Below, piece by piece: positions 57,614 to 64,000 of a DNA stretch of 64,000 nt (within the stretch, counting starts at the first letter, position 1; every line of letters starts with the position of its first letter). A program made the position numbers and the translations under genes. The DNA is from the human T2T-CHM13v2.0 reference genome, Homo sapiens. The notes beneath the pieces were generated by a model. The model ran no database searches. It worked only from the letters and a program-made list of their open reading frames with translations, and was not told where the DNA came from. The stretch is taken from NCBI RefSeq assembly GCF_009914755.1, contig NC_060929.1; one strand, 5' to 3'.

Positions 57614-57908
57614 CATCATTCTCAGCAAAGTGTCGCAAGGACAGAAAACCAAACACCGCATGTTCTCACTCATAGATGGGAATTGAACAATGAGAACACT
57701 TGGACACAGGAAGGGGGACATCACACACTGGGGCCTGTCATGGGGTAGGGGGGATGGGGGAGGGATAGCATTAGGAGATATACCTAATGTAAATGACGAG
57801 TTAATGGGTGCAGCACACCAACATGGCACATGTATACATATGTAACAAACCTGCATGTTGTGCACATGTACCCTAGAACTTAAAGTATAATAATAAAAAG
57901 AAAAAAAA
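57614..57908 (+). mobile_element. L1PA4/5-like 3' fragment
   Basis: Young L1 3'UTR; TSD aatggttagc at 57604-57613 and 57911-57920. Confidence 0.95.
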
Positions 57909-58286
57909 TTAATGGTTAGCACAATACCCATGATCTAATGCTGTACTCAACAGTTTACATATTATAAAACTCAAGTGAATAGAAGAAAGTGACGTTTTTA
58001 CAATATGTTGTTTTTTGTTTTTTGTTTTTTGTTTTCAGAGAAAAGTATACCATATTAAAGGTGAAGTGTGAATATCACTGGGCCAGAGGCGGTAACAAAC
58101 TTTGATCCTCACAGAAGTACTCTCTCAGTTGCTTTAGCATAACTGAAATAGCCTGCCTCATTAAGTATCACTTTCCTTGCAGTCAGTTGCTAAAGATCAC
58201 TCCTCTAATAAGATGTCAGAAATATTTTTGTTCTTCACATATTTTGTACTTCAAGGCCACTATGTCCCTGCTTAATAATTTCTTTT

Positions 58287-58433
58287 GCTGGGTACAGTGG
58301 CATGCACATATAGTCCCAGCTACTCAGGTGGCTGAGGTGAGATGATCACTGGAGCCCAGGAGTTCAAGACTGTAGTGCACTGTGAGTGTGCTTGTGAATA
58401 GCCACTGCATTCTGGCTTGGGCAACATGAGAGA
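58287..58433 (+). mobile_element. FAM (fossil Alu monomer)
   Basis: Monomer retaining the 7SL-derived gtgaatagccactgca segment. Confidence 0.8.
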
Positions 58434-58789
58434 AATAAATATTGTTTTACAAAATAATTTTTCCTATTTTCGAATCTGTGTTTTTTGCTTATACCATCAT
58501 TTTCCTATTCATGTTACTGTGGTTACCATTTCTTATGATCTTCTCTCTTCCCAGGCCACCATTTTCCTCTCCACATCTCTCTGAAGACACCATCTTTCTG
58601 TCCCCTTCTGCCGGTTTCTTACTCCTACTTGTTCTTCATCCTCATTGTAACCTCCCTTCCTTCCACCCTTAGTTGTTCTTGAAAAATACAATCTGGAACC
58701 TCAGATTGGAACTGTTAAGGATATTTTCACCAGCCCCCCTGATTTCCTCACTAGCTTGGCTTCCTCCTTAAGAAATTTTGCCAATCACC

Positions 58790-59772
58790 CAACCTACAGA
58801 ATAGGAGAAAAATTTTGCAATCCACCCATCTGACAAAGAGCTAATATCCAGAATCTACAAAGAACTTAAACAAATTTATAAGAAAAAAACAAACAACCCC
58901 ATCAAAAAGTGGGCAAAGGATATGAACAGACATTTCTCAAAAGAAGACATTTATGTGGCCAACAGGCACATGAAAAAATGCTCATCATCACTGGTCATTA
59001 GAGAAATGCAAATCAAAACCACAGTGAAATACCATCTCACGCCAGTTAGAATGGCGATCATTAAAAAGTCAGGAAAGAACAGGTGCTGGAGAGGATGTGG
59101 AGAAATAGGAACGCTTTTACACTGCTGGTGGGAGTGTAAATTAGTTCAACCATTGTGGAAGACAGTGTGGTGATTCCTCAAGGATCTAAAACTAGAAATA
59201 CCATTTGACCCAGCGATCCCATTACTGGGTATATACCCGAAGGATTATAAATCATGCTACTATGAAGACACATGCACACATATGTTTATTGAGGCACTAT
59301 TCACAATAGCAAAGACTTGGAACCAACCCAAATGTCCAACAATGATAGACTGGATTAAGAAAATGTGGCACATATACACCATGGAATACTATGCAGACAT
59401 AAAAAAGGATGAGTTCATGTCCTTTGTGGGGACATGGATGAAGCTGGAAACCATCATTCTCAGCAAACTATCACAAGGACAGAAAAGCAAACACCACATG
59501 TTCTCACTTATAGGTGGAAGTTGAACAACGAGAACACTTGGACACAGGGTGGGGAACATCACACACCGGGGCCTGTCATGAAATGGGGGGCTGCAGGAAG
59601 GATAGCATTAGGAGAAATACCTAATGTAAATGATGAGTTGATGGGTGCAGCAAACCAACATGGCACATGTATACCTATGTAACAAACCTGCACGTTGTGC
59701 ACATGTACCCTAGAACTTTAAGTACAGTTAAAAAATATTATATATGTATACACACATATATATAGAAAAAAG
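58790..59772 (+). mobile_element. L1PA6/7-like 3' fragment
   Basis: ORF2 C-terminus + 3'UTR; 18-bp TSD gaaattttgccaatcacc at 58772-58789 and 59773-59790. Confidence 0.95.
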
Positions 59773-60099
59773 GAAATTTTGCCAATCACCAACCCACTCT
59801 ATGCCACACAGTTCTCTTTTGTCAGCCAATTAGTGCTACTCTGTAACGGATACTTATTTATTATAAGTACTCTTAACTAAGCCATCTCTGCTTCTGAGAC
59901 ATCCTTTGGATTATTTTTAATTGATAAGTCTTAAGCGATCTTTGAAACAGATTCTACTGCCCTGAAGTCTGTGTTTTATACATTCTATCCTCACTGTCTA
60001 GTCAAGACATGAAAACAACATGCTGTTATCTCACACGACTTTCCTTATGTTCTCTGATCATTTCTCTTTGCCGTCTCTCTTCTTTGCCATTTTTCGTTT

Positions 60100-61730
60100 C
60101 ATCTTAGATGAGAAAGTAAGTAGCTCATTCTCACCAAAGCCAGCTCTCCCAATTGTGCCTTTCATCTGTTTTTCCTACTCTTGGAACTTGTTTCATTGAA
60201 TTTTCCACAACTGCCTCACATCTTAAATATTTCTCTCTCCTGTAGGTCTTTCTTGTCCATCTAGAAATATGTATCACTTTACACTGCCTAGAAGAGCTTA
60301 CTCGTAATGCCGCTGCTTTATCAAATTACTGCCCTGCCTCTCTTCTTTCTTTAACCAACAACTACTCTTGAAGAGTAGTTCATACAAGTTGCCTGTTCTC
60401 ATCACCTTGTGTTCACAGTTAAGCCTTCAGAGTACCTTGCTTATTCTCTTTCTTTCATCACTCATAACGTTGGACACCAAATCCACTGACCACTCTTCTC
60501 ATCTGCATATCCTTCAATTCTTCTGTAGAAATCAGTACTGATAACCAGCCTTCCTTGAAAAGTCCATCTCTCTTGGTTTTCACGACACCCTATTCTTTTA
60601 CAAGTATTTTCCTGCTAACTCCCAGGTCATAGCCCTTTCTTCTTATGCCTGAAAACTCTGAAGTATATGTATTTTCCAGGGATTGCCTTTGCATTTTTTA
60701 TATCATAGTGATAATTTTCAGATCTATCAACTTGAGCCTAACTTCTCTCTCCAAATATAAGCTCACATTTTCAAATGTCTTTTGGATACATTCACTTGGG
60801 TTTCTCTCTGATCGCTTGTCCTTAAGATGTACAGATATTGTCATCAACTTTGCTCCTCTGCCTTATCCTAATTGCTCTGATCTCAGTGTTATTCTTTCAC
60901 TCCTTTCTTTTCTTCTTCCTCTTGATACTTTTTCTGGTTTTCCTAACCTAAAAGCTAGGGTAATTTCTTTCACTTCATACTCATACTCTCAGATGAGTGG
61001 CTGTCAAACTAACTGATCATCAGAATTGCTTATGCTTTCAGAAATTATGGTTTGATGAGTCTCACTATAGACTTACTAAATTAGAATCTCTGGTGATGAA
61101 GTCCCACAATCTGTATATTTTTAAGCTCTCTTACTCTTTTCTGATTTGAGGGTACTACTAGAGATTCTGTCTCTAAATTTCTGTGCCTACCCCTTCATTA
61201 CATTGCAGGGGCCACTCCTATGCCATTCCCCTACCTCAGGCCTTCATTACTGAGACCACAGCAATCCTTCCCTAACTGGTGTCCCTGCCTCTAGCATTCT
61301 CTCCACCAACCTATTTTCTTTCCTGTGAGTTTAAGCTATGTGAATATGCCACACCTCTTCTCCGAAATTTAAAATGGCACTCCATTTTTCTGTAAAGTAA
61401 TTATGTATTGTTTAACCTGGCCCTCAATATTCCTTCATGACCTAGTGCTACAAACATCTCGTTACTCACCTTCATGGGAACCTTTAACACCAGCCAAAAG
61501 GAACAACTTACAGTAATTTATGCATTTGCTTTTTGCCTCTCTTTATGCTGCTCTCACTGCCTTTGCCTCAATATTTGTATGTTCAAATATGGCCCATCTT
61601 CATGGCCCAGCCAAAATTCTTTCTTCTTTCCCCAAAGTTCCCTGATAATCATCAATAGGAAGAACCTCTTGTTTTCCCTGAATTTTTATGTAACTTTTAT
61701 AAATCTCTCTTATAATACTTATCTCCTACC
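60100..61730 (+). mobile_element. Long degenerate L2 with a MER5-like insert (~61010-61160)
   Basis: Pyrimidine-rich L2 ORF2-like text (cttccttgaaa...ctctcttggttttcacgacacc; ccttccctaactggtgtccctgcctc). Confidence 0.65.
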
Positions 61731-61784
61731 TTTTCTTATAGGGTATATACAAATATATATGTAATATGCACAACTATATAATCT

Positions 61785-62066
61785 TTTTGTTGTTGTTTTT
61801 TGTTTTTTGAGACGGAGTCTCACTCTGTCGCCCAGGCTGGAGTACAGTGCACTCGACTTGATCTTGGCTCACTGCAACCTCCGCCTCCCGAGTTCAAGCG
61901 ATTCTCCTGCCTCAGCCTCCCAAGTAGCTGAGACTGCAGGCATGCACCACTGTGCCCGGCTAATTTTTTTTTTTTTTTTATGGTAGAGATGGGCTTTCAC
62001 CATGTTGACCAGGCTGGTCTTGCACTCCTGACCTGAGGTGATCCACCTGCCTCGGCCTCCCGAAGT
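61785..62066 (-). mobile_element. AluS, slightly 5'-truncated
   Basis: Antisense Alu; flanking repeat tatataatc. Confidence 0.9.
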
Positions 62067-62199
62067 GAATGTATATAATCATTGAGAGCAGATCCAGATG
62101 TAATTCAACATTTTATCTATCACATTTTATCTAATACATTTTGATGCTGAAGAAATATATTTCTTGAATAACAAACAGCAGCCAAAGTTTATCTGGAAC

Positions 62200-62400
62200 T
62201 GTTCGAAGTGTTCCACTTTTCAACCAATAAATCCTCACAATCCACAAAACCTTATTTGGGAGGCACTAATAGTATATTCAATTTACAGATGAGGAAATTG
62301 AGCCTCAGAGCAGTTAAGTAACTAATACAAGGTCACACAGCTAGTGAAGGCCCTCAAGTAGCCTGGTTCCAGAGTCCATGCTTTTAATCATTCTGCCTTT
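62200..62400 (-). mobile_element. MIR
   Basis: atttacagatgaggaaattgagcctcagagcagttaagtaact...aaggtcacacagctagt. Confidence 0.85.
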
Positions 62401-64000
62401 TTTTGTGAATAAATTCCACCCAGTCATATTTTTTAACCTCAGTGCATTTTTTAACATTTAATTGGCTGAGGGCTTATATTCAAAAGAGATCTTTTTCTTT
62501 TAATTGAATTTGACAGAGGCAAGCTTTAAATTTTATCATAAATAGCCTTCGAGAAGGCAAATAATGTGATTTACAATTAGGATTCATCAACTTCAAGGAA
62601 GAAGTGGAAATTTGCTTATAGGAAAAATTTAAATGTGTTGCATAGTTACATAAAGCTCTGTTGTACAATTTTATAGAGACTGTAAAACAGAATACTTATA
62701 AATTAATAAGTAATTGAAATAAACATCATTTGATTCTTATACTCATTGAATTATACAATCTCCAAGACATGTGATTTCCTTCTCCCCATCTTTTTCCCCC
62801 AATGCCAGAGTATTTGCAAATAAATATTTAATCCATGGTTATATTAAAGCTGCTTTGCTACCATGAAAAAAAATTTTTTTTACAAACATCTTTCACAGAC
62901 TTTGTAACTGGACAAACTCCACCCGGTAAAAAAATAAGTGCATGGAAACAAAACAAGAATGTAGCAAGATCTGCCTAGTTTATTAAACATGAAATTGAAT
63001 AGTGGAAATAGCTCCATTTGGGAAGCTTAGGAAGCATAGTGACCAAAAAACTGTATGGCTGCTCATTCATTAGTCTTAAACTATTAATGTCAAACTCATA
63101 GTACCCAGAGTTAAATAAGATTCTGATGCTTCTACTCTTAAAAAGAAAAATGGAAGCATGTAGTTATGAGCCTGGGGCAAAAAGAAGCTCTAATATCTAC
63201 CATATATTTGCTAATAATATCAGACACACCTGTGAACCAGTTTAACCATTAACAATTTAAACTCTACATTTAAAAAAGAGAAAAAAAATCCTAGAATTAA
63301 AATATCACAAAAATTAAGGTCTACATGTAATATTGACAAGCAAATACAGAAATCAAATTTGATAGTCTATCATTGGGCACAAATCACTTTGATCACTAAT
63401 ATACAAGTATTAGACAGCCTCTTTCTCCCTAGAGTATATACATAGCATTCAATCCAGGAATTGCCTTTTTTTTCTGAACACCATTGTTTCCCTTTTTTTT
63501 CTCTGTAAGGGCTTAGTCCAATGTTGCTAGTAAGAATGAGCAATAAGATATTAGTTCACTCCCTTATGCATTAAAATCCCTGCCACACCTGTGGGTATTG
63601 TGCCATTGTTTAAAAGGGTAATAATAATAAGCCTTTATATAACACAGATATCAAAGAGCTTTGTGGTCAGTCGTTGTTGTACATGCCTAAAAACAGCTCT
63701 GCGTGAGTTTTGTATCCATTTGCTTAATTAAAAATATAATTATTTAACAACAGAGAGTAAGTAATATACATACAGCTGTTGGGAAATACCATTATTTCTA
63801 AGACCAGACAATACTTTGATAATCTGATAGCTGTTGGGAAAAGAGATGCAGTTAATCACATTAATAGAGAGTCAAAGGATTTAACTCAAGTAGACCTTTT
63901 AGAACAGTGATATGGCAAGGGAAGTAAAAAAAAAATCAAATCAAATTTTAAATTTGTATTACAGTTTTGTGTGTGATGGTTAGAGAACCAAATTAAAGAA

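Noticed and set aside
63774-63841. Short repeat agctgttgggaaa occurring twice
   Set aside because: Too short to distinguish from chance or minor slippage.

Overview
Primate (most likely human) genomic DNA, AT-rich and repeat-dense. It lies inside the 3' part of ADGRV1 (VLGR1/GPR98, + strand). The only functional coding sequence I can support is one 158-nt internal ADGRV1 exon (46947-47104) encoding the end of ECL2, TM5 and ICL3 ([52 protein letters not shown]). Everything else is intron. The intron holds a disabled, antisense processed pseudogene of LYSET/TMEM251 with a perfect 15-bp target-site duplication (TSD), and a near-full-length dead Hsmar1 mariner. It also holds MER75 (piggyBac), Tigger, Charlie and MER47 elements, MLT/LTR40 solo LTRs, and many Alu, L1, L2 and MIR copies, often nested. 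Almost all other ORFs in the track derive from repeats. I found no convincing new biological system. The least-explained signal is a ~110-bp segment I cannot assign to a repeat family, duplicated 2.6 kb apart (32894-33000 and 35517-35621). Its second copy forms a candidate 30-nt in-frame microexon for ADGRV1, and AP-1/HRE and IRF/NF-kB motif clusters lie between the two copies. Gene identities and repeat subfamilies come from remembered sequences, not database searches, and boundaries of old repeats are approximate.
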